Positions 21,803 through 32,048 of a stretch of DNA of 64,000 nt are shown here, piece after piece. The notes beneath the pieces are model-generated. The model ran no database searches. It saw only the letters and a program-made list of their open reading frames with translations, and had not been told where the DNA came from. Origin of the DNA: Planctomycetota bacterium (lineage in GTDB: Bacteria > Planctomycetota > UBA11346); the NCBI GenBank assembly GCA_038231435.1, contig JBBRLJ010000026.1:1-64000 (forward strand). Direction: 5' to 3'. Every line of letters starts with the position of its first letter. The first letter of the stretch is position 1. The translations under genes and the position numbers were made by a program.

Positions 21803-23329
21803 ATGGTCATGCTCACCTCTCCTGATGCAGAGCCCGCGGCGGATCCACGTGCCGAACTCCATCGGTTGAGAGCCGAGCTCGAGGCAGTGAAGCAACGCTC
21901 GGAGCTGGCTTTCGATTTCATCGAAAATGGTTCCATCGGGCTGCATGGGGTCGGGCCTGATGGCACCATCCTCTGGGCCAACCAGACCGAGCTCACGCTC
22001 CTCGGCTACTCGCGCGAGGAATACATCGGCAAGAGCATCGTCAAGTTCCACGCTGAACGCAGCGTCATCGATGAAATCCTCACCCGGCTGAGCCGAAACG
22101 AGACGCTCTGCGATTACGAGGCGAAGCTGCGCTGCAAGAACGGCGACATCAAGACGGTGCTGATCAATTCATCCGTCCTCTGGAAGGATGGGGAATTCAT
22201 CCAGACCCGGTGCTTCACCCGGGACATCACGGATTACAAGCTTCAACACCTGGCGTTGATGGAGTCTGAGGAACGCTATCGGACCCTCATTGCCCAGGCC
22301 AACGACGCGATCTTCGTCGCTGACGCCGAAAGCGGGACCATCCTCGATGCCAACCGCAGCGCCGAGCAGCTGCTCGGGATCTCCCTCGACCGCATCAAGG
22401 GAATGCATCAGAGCGCTCTGCACCCGCCCGAGATGATCGAGGAATACAAGACGATGTTCCGGGAACATGCCCGCAAAGGCGGCGGTGAGCTCGTCCGGAA
22501 TGTCTACGTCCGCCACTCGTCGGGGCGGCAGGTTCCCGTCGAGATCAGCGCGAACGTGATCAAGCTCGGCGGCAAGCCAGCCCTCCAGGGCATCTTCCGT
22601 GACGTGACCGAACGCAAGCTCGCCGAGGCCGAGATCACCGCCAAAGCCGCCGAGCTGGCGAGATCGAACGCGGAGCTGTCGCAGTTCGCATCGATCGCCT
22701 CGCATGACCTGCAAGAGCCCTTGCGCATGATCTCCAGCTACATCTCGCTGCTCGAACGGCGGCTCCGGGGCACCCTCGACGACAAGTCCAAGGAATACAT
22801 GGCGTACATCGGTGACGGCGCCGCGCGGCTCCGTTCGATGATCAAATCGATCCTCTCATATGCGTCCGTCGGCACCAAGCTGAACATCGATGATGTCCCG
22901 AGCATCGCCATCCTCCGCGAGGCGTTGGACAACCTCGAGGAGAAGATCACCTCCACACAGGCCGTGATCTCCTTCGATGAGCTGCCTCGGATCAGGGCCG
23001 ACCGCATGCTGCTCGTCGTCCTGTTCCAGAATCTCATCAGCAATGCCATCAAGTTCTGCCGCGGACGCACGCCGGCTATCCGGATAACTGCCCGCAGCGA
23101 AGACAAGGAAACGATATTCACCATCAGCGACAACGGCATCGGAATCAGACCCGAGGACCGATCCAGGCTGTTCGCCCTGTTCACCCGCCTGCACATGCAG
23201 GACGAGTTTCCCGGCACTGGGATCGGATTGGCCACTTGCCTGAAGATCGTCGAGCGCCATGGGGGACGCATCTGGGTCGAATCGACACCCGATGTCGGCT
23301 CGATGTTCTCCTTCAGCCTGCCGCGATAG
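21803..23329 (+). CDS. Cytoplasmic PAS-PAS sensor histidine kinase (Cph1/LovK-type output domain)
   Basis: Two PAS/PAC domains, ASHDLQEPLR H-box, GTGIGLATC. Confidence 0.92.
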   Translation: MVMLTSPDAEPAADPRAELHRLRAELEAVKQRSELAFDFIENGSIGLHGVGPDGTILWANQTELTLLGYSREEYIGKSIVKFHAERSVIDEILTRLSRNETLCDYEAKLRCKNGDIKTVLINSSVLWKDGEFIQTRCFTRDITDYKLQHLALMESEERYRTLIAQANDAIFVADAESGTILDANRSAEQLLGISLDRIKGMHQSALHPPEMIEEYKTMFREHARKGGGELVRNVYVRHSSGRQVPVEISANVIKLGGKPALQGIFRDVTERKLAEAEITAKAAELARSNAELSQFASIASHDLQEPLRMISSYISLLERRLRGTLDDKSKEYMAYIGDGAARLRSMIKSILSYASVGTKLNIDDVPSIAILREALDNLEEKITSTQAVISFDELPRIRADRMLLVVLFQNLISNAIKFCRGRTPAIRITARSEDKETIFTISDNGIGIRPEDRSRLFALFTRLHMQDEFPGTGIGLATCLKIVERHGGRIWVESTPDVGSMFSFSLPR

Positions 23330-23494
23330 CCTGCCGCGATAGACGACCAGCGACACGCGCGATACATGGCGCGTGATTGGTGAAGCGGCGATCGGCCCTG
23401 CTGCGGATCGGTAGACGGTAAAGATCGAAAGACAGCGTCCGCATGGCTGACTGCCGCTCCTGGCTCACTGGGGCGGACGCGTAGGGTCACGGGC

Positions 23495-24316
23495 ATGCGA
23501 TTCCCAGGACGCGGGCATGCGGCGATCGGCTTCGGACCATGGCTCACGATGATCGCCATATCCCTCAGCTTCCTCGGCTGCGGCAGCGATCGAGGCGGTT
23601 GGTATGTCCTGAGATGGATCGAGCAGCCGAATGCGCACGGGCCATCGGCGACGGCGAAGCCCGAGGATGTGTGCGCGTTCGTGCCCTGCGGATGCCATGA
23701 TCGTGACGCCGGCGCTGTCGCGCGTGATGAGGCCATGGGCGCGCTGCGGGAAGGAGACGTGATCGCGTACCGCAAGCCGACGTCCGAAGCGCGGCGCGAG
23801 ATCGCCACCGTGCATCTCAATTCGGTCGGCTACCGCATGCTGAAATACGGCCACCTCGCGATCGTGGTCAGGGATCCGGACAGGCCCGAGCGACTGTGCC
23901 TGTTCTCCAGCGAGAGCTTCAAGGGCCCGAACATCGACGAGGATCTGCCGACGCTGAACGATCACGACGGGGACGCGTACCGCCTCGACCGGTGGGATCG
24001 CGTGGACAAAGGACGCATCGCGGATTTTGTCCGCCTCGCGCACGCGAAAGCCGGGCATTGGTACGGCTATGATTTCTCCGGCATGCTCGGTCTGTGGAAC
24101 TCGAATCTCACTCCCGAGAAGCCCGACGAGATCGGACACGACTACATCTGCTCCACGGTGGTCGTGGCGTGCCTGTGGTACGCGGGCGTGCGGCTCGACG
24201 CGGTGCGCAGCCAAGTCGGGGATGTGTGTTCGCCGTATCAGGTGGTGCTGAGCCGTGGGGCGCTGATGCCTCTGCCGCAAGTCGAGTTGGTGGTGGAGAA
24301 GACGGTGGGGCGGTGA
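23495..24316 (+). CDS. Lipoprotein, permuted papain-like NlpC/P60 (YiiX/YaeF-like)
   Basis: Lipobox FLGC; LREGDVI, YGHLAIV (His first), YGYDF, YICSTVV (Cys later). Confidence 0.75.
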   Translation: MRFPGRGHAAIGFGPWLTMIAISLSFLGCGSDRGGWYVLRWIEQPNAHGPSATAKPEDVCAFVPCGCHDRDAGAVARDEAMGALREGDVIAYRKPTSEARREIATVHLNSVGYRMLKYGHLAIVVRDPDRPERLCLFSSESFKGPNIDEDLPTLNDHDGDAYRLDRWDRVDKGRIADFVRLAHAKAGHWYGYDFSGMLGLWNSNLTPEKPDEIGHDYICSTVVVACLWYAGVRLDAVRSQVGDVCSPYQVVLSRGALMPLPQVELVVEKTVGR

Positions 24317-24414
24317 GGGGCCTGATCATGCTCAGCCGCGATGGTCGCATTCCGCATCCCACGGACCTCGGCCCCGCATGGTCCCTCCGCCGCCATCTCG
24401 CGCTCGGTTGACCA

Positions 24415-25122
24415 ATGCTCCGCAGATACGCCCTCTATGCATGGATCGTGCTGTGGGCACTCCTGTCCGGACTCGTGCTCTATCCCATCTCCATCAGCCT
24501 CATCCGCGCCTTGATCGTCGTCTGCGTAGTCGCGCTCGCGATACTTCCGATCCTTCTGGCGTGGCCCTCGCGCCACTGGCGTTACGCAGCGTTCCTGCCT
24601 CTGCTGGCGGTCGCGCTGATCGCGGCCTGGCCCGCCGGGTCGGGACCGCGCGCAGCGAGCTACGCGCGAGCGCTGCGCGCCTACCTGGGCGTGCGCTACC
24701 TGTGGGGCGGGGAGAACGGCTTTGGCATCGATTGTTCAGGGCTGCTGCGGCGAGCCTATATCCGAGCGGCTATCCTCGAAGGGATCCGTGGGTGCGATCC
24801 GGGCGAGATCCACAGCGGCTTGGCCGTGTGGTGGCACGACTGCTCGGCACGCGAACTACGTGATGGCTATGGCGGCCGCACCTCGATGACCGGCGTTTCC
24901 GGACGCATCGATGCGTTCGCGGATGCCGATCTAAGCGTCGGTGACCTCGCCATCACCGCCGATGGCCGACACTGTCTCGCCTATCTCGGCGATCGCGAAT
25001 GGATCGAAGCGGATCCGGATGTCAGCCATGTGGTGATCTGCCGCCCCCCGGATGCGACCGTGCGCTGGCTCTCCGTTCCGGTAACCATGGTGAGATGGAC
25101 AGGCCTGATTCCGGCGAAGTGA
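24415..25122 (+). CDS. Membrane-anchored NlpC/P60 (C40) peptidase
   Basis: Three N-terminal TM segments; YLWGGE..GIDCSGL, GDL, HCLAYLG. Confidence 0.85.
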   Translation: MLRRYALYAWIVLWALLSGLVLYPISISLIRALIVVCVVALAILPILLAWPSRHWRYAAFLPLLAVALIAAWPAGSGPRAASYARALRAYLGVRYLWGGENGFGIDCSGLLRRAYIRAAILEGIRGCDPGEIHSGLAVWWHDCSARELRDGYGGRTSMTGVSGRIDAFADADLSVGDLAITADGRHCLAYLGDREWIEADPDVSHVVICRPPDATVRWLSVPVTMVRWTGLIPAK

Positions 25123-25334
25123 GGACCAGGAAGTCTTGGGCGCGGACCCTGCAATCGCCACGCTGACGCAGCAGCGTCTTCGAGACGCTGAAGGCCGTGG
25201 CGCTGTCCGATGCGGGCGGGATCGCGGGATTTGCTCATGTCCCGAAGCGGTTGAAGACTCCGTCAGTGCCCCACGGGCCACGCATGGAGGATCCGCACGA
25301 TCCTGTGCATCCGCACGGGAGTCGATGCGTCCCG

Positions 25335-25811
25335 TCACCCATCCACCAGCCGCCCCGCCTCCTGCCCTCGGAACCATGCGGCCTCAGGCGAACGCGGATC
25401 GATCAGAGTGAAATCCGCGAAGTCGAACCCCGGCGCCACCGTGCATCCGACCAGCACGTGCGATGAGATTGGGCGCGCGGCCTGCCACCAGCCGGCCTTC
25501 ACCACCGCCTGGGGCGTCATGCCCCGAGCTGCCGGGCCCAGGCGATGACGAATGAACGGCGCACCGAAGCGTTCGCAGGCGAGCAACTCGAGCTCGCCGC
25601 CGTCGTACCAGTGCCAGACCTCGTCGGAGCGCACGCGGTGCCAGCGGCTGACCTCGCCCGCGTCGAGCAGGAACAGGATCGCCGTCGATGCCGACCTCAT
25701 CCCGCCGTGCGCGGCCACCATCGACGATGAGCGGAAGGTCTCGATGAAGTGCCCGCCCTCGGGATGCGGACGCAGACCGAGACGGGTGATGAGCGCCTTT
25801 GCGTCGGACAT
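25335..25811 (-). CDS. Cupin_5 (DUF985) protein
   Basis: LRPHPEGGHF.ET, TAILFLL, HRVRSDEVWHWY.G, GCTVAPGFDFADF. Confidence 0.93.
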   Translation of the reverse strand: MSDAKALITRLGLRPHPEGGHFIETFRSSSMVAAHGGMRSASTAILFLLDAGEVSRWHRVRSDEVWHWYDGGELELLACERFGAPFIRHRLGPAARGMTPQAVVKAGWWQAARPISSHVLVGCTVAPGFDFADFTLIDPRSPEAAWFRGQEAGRLVDG

Positions 25812-25825
25812 GCTGGGCTCCGGCC

Positions 25826-26809
25826 CTACCGCAGATCCGCCTTCGCCCAGCCCGCGACCTCGGCGTCCTCCGATGCTGAAAGCGCGGTGAACTCGGCGCG
25901 CGCGGCCGACGGATCAGCGACCATCCCGAGGCCGTCGCGCTGCATCTCGGCCAGGCGCAGGCGCGCGGCCAGATCGCCGCCCTTTGCCGCGGCCCGATAC
26001 CAGCGTGCCGCCGATGGCTGGTCGATGCTCGCGCCCTGGCCGAGCTCATCCATGCGTCCGAGCACGTGGCTGGCATGCACGGCGTCGGGTGTATTGCAGG
26101 CGACGATAGCGCGATACCAGCACCGCGCGCCGAGCAGATCGACGGGGCCGCCGAAGCCTCCCTCGAGCGCCTCGGCGTAGCGCAGCATGTAGATCGATGG
26201 AGCGTTGGCGCGCACGGCATTGTAGAGCAGATCGCGGCCAGAGCTGGCACCGCTGGGCACGAGCCCGAACACCATCAGGCACCCGAGAGCCGCCTGGGCC
26301 TCGGCTTCGCCCTTGTTGCTCCAACGCGTGATGATCTGGATAGCGTCTTTCGCCTCGGGCGATCCCACCTCTGCTGCATCGATGGTCTTCAACGCCAGCT
26401 TGAACGCCCGGTAATCGCGCGTGTCGATCTGGCTCATCTCGCGATGGATGCGTTCGCTGTCGATCTGCTCCCTCGCTGCCCGATCAGACTCGGCTCGACG
26501 TTCAGCCTCGGCGCGCTCGTGCTGCTCCTGCCGGTACAACTGCTCCGCCTCCTCGGCGCGCTGGGCGCGCGAACGTTCCGCCGCTTCCTTGTTGCGACTC
26601 ATCCGGGCGACGTCCTCGTCGCTCAGGCCGTTGCTCGTCATCGGGGCGTTCGGCGTGTTCGGCCGGGCGATGGCATCGCGGGTCGCCTCGTACTGACGAT
26701 CGCGCTGCCTCTGCTCGTACTCGCGACTGGTCTCGGCGGCGAGCGGGGCGGACGCGGCGAGCGAGGCGACGAGGATGCAGGCGATCGGACCCGAGTGGAA
26801 GAGCGGCAT
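25826..26809 (-). CDS. Secreted Sel1-repeat protein
   Basis: Signal peptide, coiled coil, repeats of type AQAALG..., ARWYRAAAKGGDLAARLRLA. Confidence 0.8.
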   Translation of the reverse strand: MPLFHSGPIACILVASLAASAPLAAETSREYEQRQRDRQYEATRDAIARPNTPNAPMTSNGLSDEDVARMSRNKEAAERSRAQRAEEAEQLYRQEQHERAEAERRAESDRAAREQIDSERIHREMSQIDTRDYRAFKLALKTIDAAEVGSPEAKDAIQIITRWSNKGEAEAQAALGCLMVFGLVPSGASSGRDLLYNAVRANAPSIYMLRYAEALEGGFGGPVDLLGARCWYRAIVACNTPDAVHASHVLGRMDELGQGASIDQPSAARWYRAAAKGGDLAARLRLAEMQRDGLGMVADPSAARAEFTALSASEDAEVAGWAKADLR

Positions 26810-26914
26810 CCCTCAACCCTGCCTGACGACTCGCCGTGGACAACTCGCGAACGGATGAACGATGCAATCGTTGCCCAGCTTGCCGAGACGCCACGCGCCG
26901 GGTAGCGTCGGTGC

Positions 26915-27436
26915 ATGCATCGAGTCCCTCTTCTCGTCCTCGTCCTGGTGATGGGTCTGCACGCGGGCGGTTGCGGGCGCGATCTGTCACGCATCCATGA
27001 TCCGCTCGAGCGCGCCGATGTCTTCGTCGAGCGCGACCACAACGCGGACGCCTACTACGAGCGCGCGGTGATCCGCAACGAACGCGGCATGAAGGATGGC
27101 GCCCTGGCCGATAGCGATGCGGCCCTCACCGCCCTGTCTCCGATGGTGCGCAACCCCTGCTACGATCTCTACAAACTGCGCGCCGACATCCACAAGGAGC
27201 GCGGCGACTTCGCGGCCGCGCTCGCGGATGCGGACGGAATGAGGAGCGAGACACGTGACAGCTCCGGCTGGCAAGCCACCGAGATCGGCCTGCTGCGCAT
27301 CGATCTGCTGATCGCGCTCGGGCGATCCCAGGAAGCCGAGGACATCATCGCGCCGATGCTCGCCTGCGGCCCAGCCAGCCTCAACTTCGGCCTCGGCATG
27401 GGGCGATTGGAGAAACTCTATTCCGCGCGCAAGTGA
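26915..27436 (+). CDS. TPR-like lipoprotein
   Basis: Lipobox AGGC; AYYERA...ALAD repeats. Confidence 0.7.
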   Translation: MHRVPLLVLVLVMGLHAGGCGRDLSRIHDPLERADVFVERDHNADAYYERAVIRNERGMKDGALADSDAALTALSPMVRNPCYDLYKLRADIHKERGDFAAALADADGMRSETRDSSGWQATEIGLLRIDLLIALGRSQEAEDIIAPMLACGPASLNFGLGMGRLEKLYSARK

Positions 27437-27575
27437 GGCGGGAAAATCCGTTTCCCTGGTTGGCGTAAGGAACCGCGGTGGAACGGCATGCTGGCGAAAC
27501 TGCTGGCAGGTGGTGGCTCCTGCGAGCATGTAGTCACACGGGATCAAAGGATCGTGAAGAGGAAGCCCTCGCGGC

Positions 27576-28985
27576 TCACGGCGCGAAGACCAGGCTCCGC
27601 ACATGCTCATTCACCGTGAACCTGCCTAAAGCGGTGTCACCGATCGTGTTCCCGTTGAACGTGAGGTGCCTGATCAGGATGTCCTCGACCAGATGGGTGG
27701 GATCCGCGCCGGTCAGCTCGGATGCAGGCATCGTAGCGCCCGTCACCGCGATGTCGCTGAACACCACGCCGCGCACGTGCCCGCGCTCGGCATCCTTGCC
27801 GAAGACATTCTTGCCGATCCACACCTTGATCAGCTGGTGGCGCACGTCATCGAGCCGTATCCCCTCGAAGCGGATGTCGCTGATGGTCCCGGAATCGGCC
27901 ACGAAGACCACCAGCGACGCGACGCCCCAGTCGTGGATCATGTCGCAGTCGGTGAAGCGCACGCCGCTCGCGTCGGCCTGGGTCTCGTAGGTGACGCCGA
28001 TGCCGAAATTGCGTTCGTTCCAGATCACGCAGTCCTTCACCAGCACGTTCCCCGCCGCTTGCCTGCCCTTGAAGCATTTGACGCAGATCTCGTCGTCGTT
28101 GGTGCGCATGAAGCAGTGCTCGACCAGCACATCCTGGACGTTCACCAGATTCAGGCCGTCGCTGTTCTCGCGGTGGCCGATGGCCTTGACGTTGTCGATG
28201 TGCGCATGCGTGCTGTTCAGCTGCGGCATGCACCAGCTCGGCGAGTCCTTGATGATGATGCCTTCCACCTCGACATGGGTGCAATTGACGAATGCGATCG
28301 GCGATTTCGACTGCCACGGCAGCCGGCTGCAATCGAGGATGCCCCGCCCGCGCACCGTCGCCTTGTCGGCGTTCTTGAACACCAGCAGGTTGGCGTAGAC
28401 CGGATTGCCCGCCCAATTGTGCTCGACGATCGGCTTTTCGCCTGCGCCGAGCCTGGCGCGCACCACAGCGCCCCCGGCGATATAGATGGTCTTGCCGCTA
28501 CCGAAGTCGGGCATGACGCTCAGGTCGTGGATGCCGGGACCGAAATACAGCACATCGGGGTCGTCCTGGCGGGGCGGATCCACCTCGGGAGGACTCGCGA
28601 ACAGCAGCAGGGGCCGCTCGGCCCCGTTTATCTCGACGCTCAGGTTTCCCGGCTTGGACAGCGTGAACGTCACCATCCCGCCGGCCACCCTCGCAACGAT
28701 GCCGGAGGACGACGGACGCACAGAGACGCTCTGGATCGCTGCCTTGGGCGTGACCTCGACGGTGACTGAACCCGAGACATCGAAATACGCGAACGACGCC
28801 GGCCCACCATTCAGCACATCGGCCGAATACACGAACACCGGCTTCCCGTCGACGGTGACGGAGTAGTCCGACGATCCGGGTTCGCCCTCGGGACCTGGAT
28901 AGGTGGTGACCGCGGCGTCAGCGGCTCCGTGACCGAGCCATCCGCATACGACGATCAGCAGGATGAGCGGAGCGGTGCGGGACAT
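27576..28985 (-). CDS. Secreted right-handed beta-helix glycoside hydrolase (GH28/pectin lyase-like)
   Basis: Signal peptide, LYFGPGIH, IYIAGGAVV, RGRGILD, NSDG, RTNDDEICVK. Confidence 0.8.
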   Translation of the reverse strand: MSRTAPLILLIVVCGWLGHGAADAAVTTYPGPEGEPGSSDYSVTVDGKPVFVYSADVLNGGPASFAYFDVSGSVTVEVTPKAAIQSVSVRPSSSGIVARVAGGMVTFTLSKPGNLSVEINGAERPLLLFASPPEVDPPRQDDPDVLYFGPGIHDLSVMPDFGSGKTIYIAGGAVVRARLGAGEKPIVEHNWAGNPVYANLLVFKNADKATVRGRGILDCSRLPWQSKSPIAFVNCTHVEVEGIIIKDSPSWCMPQLNSTHAHIDNVKAIGHRENSDGLNLVNVQDVLVEHCFMRTNDDEICVKCFKGRQAAGNVLVKDCVIWNERNFGIGVTYETQADASGVRFTDCDMIHDWGVASLVVFVADSGTISDIRFEGIRLDDVRHQLIKVWIGKNVFGKDAERGHVRGVVFSDIAVTGATMPASELTGADPTHLVEDILIRHLTFNGNTIGDTALGRFTVNEHVRSLVFAP

Positions 28986-29116
28986 GGGCGCCTCCGTGGA
29001 TCGCGCATGAACGGTCGGATCCCACGACGCGCGATCAAGGGCGGCTCCATCGGCTGATCGACCTGTCGGGACATCGGCAGCCCGTGAACGGCTTCCACGC
29101 TCACGAGTTTGCCGTT

Positions 29117-29884
29117 TCACGTCCCGGGCAGGTCCATCCTGCGCGCCACCTCCATGACGATGCCGTGCATGGTTCCTTCCAACGAACGCTCGACGGGCGA
29201 GGTGGCCGCGGCATGGAAGGTGAAGCGCGGCGGCGGATGCTTGCCCAGCTTGATGAGGGCGTCCATGCCGACGCTCGCATCGTACGTCGCATGGATGGGA
29301 TTGCCGTCGACCACCCAGATGGATGCGAGGGTGGGTCCACCGAGAAAATCCAGCCGTCCGCTCTTCTTGCCCACCTTGAAGAACTGCAGCAGCTCGATGA
29401 AACCGTCTCCCGGCACCTCGCCCGAGAAGGTCCCCCCGCCGCTGGCGACGTCCTGCAGTCGCGGCGCGTGACCGCGGGTCTCGATCGCGCCGAGCTGCGG
29501 CGCGACCTCGCCAAGCGTCGACGGATCCACGCCTGGCGGCAACAGGTGGAGCCGGAAGACGTGGCCGCCGATCTGTAGCTGGAAACCATCATCCAGCTGC
29601 ATCGGGCCAGAGATCCGCGCGCTGTTGACGAAGACCCCGTTGCGGCTGCCGAGATCGTGGATCTCCCAGAACGCGTCGGGATTCCACCGCAGCTCGGCGT
29701 GCCGCCGCGATACCAGCGCGTCCGGGAGCACGATGTCGACGCCTTCGTCGCGACCGAACACGTACAGACGCTCGGGGCGGAGGCGATGAGCGCGCAGCGC
29801 GGCAGAGATGAGGTAGTAGTCGATGGTCATCGGTAGCGGTACGTCATTGGTCATTGGTTGATGAACCCGATCGTCGTTCTCCAT
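29117..29884 (-). CDS. FHA domain + DUF4388 protein
   Basis: FGRD, VSRRHA, DLGSRNGVFVN (FHA); FSGEV...ELLQF...KKSGRL...GNPIHA (DUF4388/PATAN-like). Confidence 0.88.
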   Translation of the reverse strand: MENDDRVHQPMTNDVPLPMTIDYYLISAALRAHRLRPERLYVFGRDEGVDIVLPDALVSRRHAELRWNPDAFWEIHDLGSRNGVFVNSARISGPMQLDDGFQLQIGGHVFRLHLLPPGVDPSTLGEVAPQLGAIETRGHAPRLQDVASGGGTFSGEVPGDGFIELLQFFKVGKKSGRLDFLGGPTLASIWVVDGNPIHATYDASVGMDALIKLGKHPPPRFTFHAAATSPVERSLEGTMHGIVMEVARRMDLPGT

Positions 29885-30332
29885 CGGCTACAGGGAAGCA
29901 CATCCCTGGCGCGGACGCCCACCCCTTCGATAACGTCGCTCGGCCCGCGGGCGCCAATCCCGACTTTCACGACTCCGCTGTTCGAGTCGGAGCCGTCAAA
30001 TTCCCAACCTGTCGGGATTGGTCGAGCCGCCCCGCCGTCGGACGCGTCAGATCATTCGACCCGGTTTGTAGAAGGTTCGATAACCGAAGTCGGACTCCCA
30101 TGGCTGTCTATGGTCGCCATTCCTAGGATTGAGCTACCACCACGTGACGAACACCATCCGACCAACGCCCAGCTACGCGCATCGCGCTTGGTATCCCTTC
30201 AGGAAGCACTAGCGACGCAATCCCCGCTAGATGACTCCTCACAAGCGCGCCCTCGAGATCCACATGCCTACTGATATGCCCCCGCAACCGTCACTCTCCG
30301 ATGCATCACCAGCTCGCGATGACCAACGCTGC

Positions 30333-30449
30333 GGCACCGGCATCGGCCTGGCCACGTGCACGAAGATCATCGATTTCCACGGCGGCCGCATCTGGGTGGA
30401 GTCGACCGAATCGCTCGGCTCGATCTTCTTCTTCTCGCTCCCGAAATAG
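30333..30449 (+). pseudogene. Orphan 3' tail of a histidine kinase (G2 box onward)
   Basis: [38 protein letters not shown]; no kinase-like sequence upstream. Confidence 0.8.
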
Positions 30450-30456
30450 CCGCCGT

Positions 30457-30717
30457 TCAGGTCTGCACGCAGCTGTCCGGTACCTGCTCGAACATCGAGA
30501 AAGACTTGCCGACCTCGCGGGTGAAGGCGGTGAACAGCGCGCGCGCATCGAACTCCGCGCCCGGGATGGCCTCGCGCACCACCTTCTCGAGAACGCGACG
30601 CATGTCGGGGGCGAGGTGGTCGATGATCTTTTCCGGGTTGACGCGCGCCATGTGGGCTCCGATCTGGGCAGGTGCGGGTTGGCTGGAACCCGGATCATCG
30701 GTGGGGTTCCCAGGCAT
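30457..30717 (-). CDS. Small hypothetical protein
   Basis: MARVNPEKIIDHLAPDMRRVLEKVV...FDARALFTAFTREVG..EQVPDSCV; coding-like GC3. Start uncertain. Confidence 0.65.
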   Translation of the reverse strand: MPGNPTDDPGSSQPAPAQIGAHMARVNPEKIIDHLAPDMRRVLEKVVREAIPGAEFDARALFTAFTREVGKSFSMFEQVPDSCVQT

Positions 30718-30946
30718 GCACGTCACTCGGTCGGCAGGGCTGCCGACCCGACAACCTGCGACCAGTAGCACGGGGGGCTCCTCGAATTGAGGAGCGATTG
30801 AGATGCAACGAGCCCTCGCATTACCGCCCAAAGGAGAGTCGCCGGTGCTGAAATCGTCCTAAAGCCCGAATTGCCCCGCACGCACACCACATTGGCATGG
30901 CGTGAGTCGCTCGGCGTTCGCTAGCCTGCCGATCCTCGGAGACCCC

Positions 30947-31780
30947 ATGCACATCCGTTTCCTGTTGGCGGCTTCGCCCACGGATCTCTTCTCTGCCCCG
31001 AGCCTGGCAGTCGAGGACCGCGAGCGCATACCAGAGGTTGGCGATGCCTACGACGACGACGCCGGCAGCTATCGAGCGGTCAAGGTGCTTCAGGATGTCG
31101 ATCCCGCCCACGGCAGCACCCTACGCGGAGCGGTGGTCTACATGGTGCGCGTAGACCAGGGGCCATCCGCGGCGCTGCGTGGGAAGATTCCACTTTCGGT
31201 CCTGCTCAACACCGCGAGTGCCCTGCGCGCCTGCATGGAGCGCGCCGAAGCCGCACGTCGCGGTGGACGTTCGGAGCAGTATCGCCGCCATATCGAGGAA
31301 TTCCTCTTTCTCAGCAACACGGTGGCGCGGCTCATCGGGCCGAGATCGGCGCCCGATCCCTTGCCCTATGTGCCGGTGTACAGCGAGAACACCGGCCTCG
31401 TCCGCCTCCTGCGCGAGGGTCTGATCGAAACAAGCTTCGCAGCGCAGGTCGAGGCCGTTCATTCCCTTCCCACGCTGGCTTGGGTGCTTCAGCGCATGGA
31501 TCCATCGCGTCCGTCACTGTTCATCGTCACCGAACCGGTCACCCTCCATCGTGGAATAGCGGCGATTCGCGCCATCCGCGAGCACGCGCACGGCGCCGAC
31601 TGCCCGATCCTGGTCCTCGCCCATCAGCAGCGCGCGAGCGATGAGCGATTGGCTCGCGTTGCCGGGGCCAATGCCTATGCCGAGTTCCCCGCCGCGATCG
31701 ACCAGTTCCCGAGGCTCGCCGAGCGCATCGTGGCGCTGATCCGTCCGGGCTCGGAGCGGTCGGAAACGCGGATGGCCTAG
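30947..31780 (+). CDS. Hypothetical protein with a C-terminal degenerate receiver-like domain
   Basis: GGAGA RBS; C-terminal AIRAIRE...CPILVL...ARVAGANAY resembles the REC beta4-alpha4-beta5 region without the Asp and Lys. Confidence 0.65.
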   Translation: MHIRFLLAASPTDLFSAPSLAVEDRERIPEVGDAYDDDAGSYRAVKVLQDVDPAHGSTLRGAVVYMVRVDQGPSAALRGKIPLSVLLNTASALRACMERAEAARRGGRSEQYRRHIEEFLFLSNTVARLIGPRSAPDPLPYVPVYSENTGLVRLLREGLIETSFAAQVEAVHSLPTLAWVLQRMDPSRPSLFIVTEPVTLHRGIAAIRAIREHAHGADCPILVLAHQQRASDERLARVAGANAYAEFPAAIDQFPRLAERIVALIRPGSERSETRMA

Positions 31781-32048
31781 AAGCTGTCCAGGCGTGGCGA
31801 TCCGGCTTCCGTCTCCGATTGGGCAGACCGTGATCCCGACGGGCTTTGCGCAGCGGACACCCCGCTTCCCCGATTCGCCACCTGAGCCTGCTCGTAGGCA
31901 ACGTTCCACAAGCCTGCGTAGCGAGCTGGATCGAGCGGCTTCGCTGGGTTATCGCTGGGATATCGCATCGAACCTGCATTCGCCAACGCGGTGACGTGTG
32001 GTAGTGGTCGTCCCACGATGTACCGTTTGGGATGGCGGAGGCCCCCAG

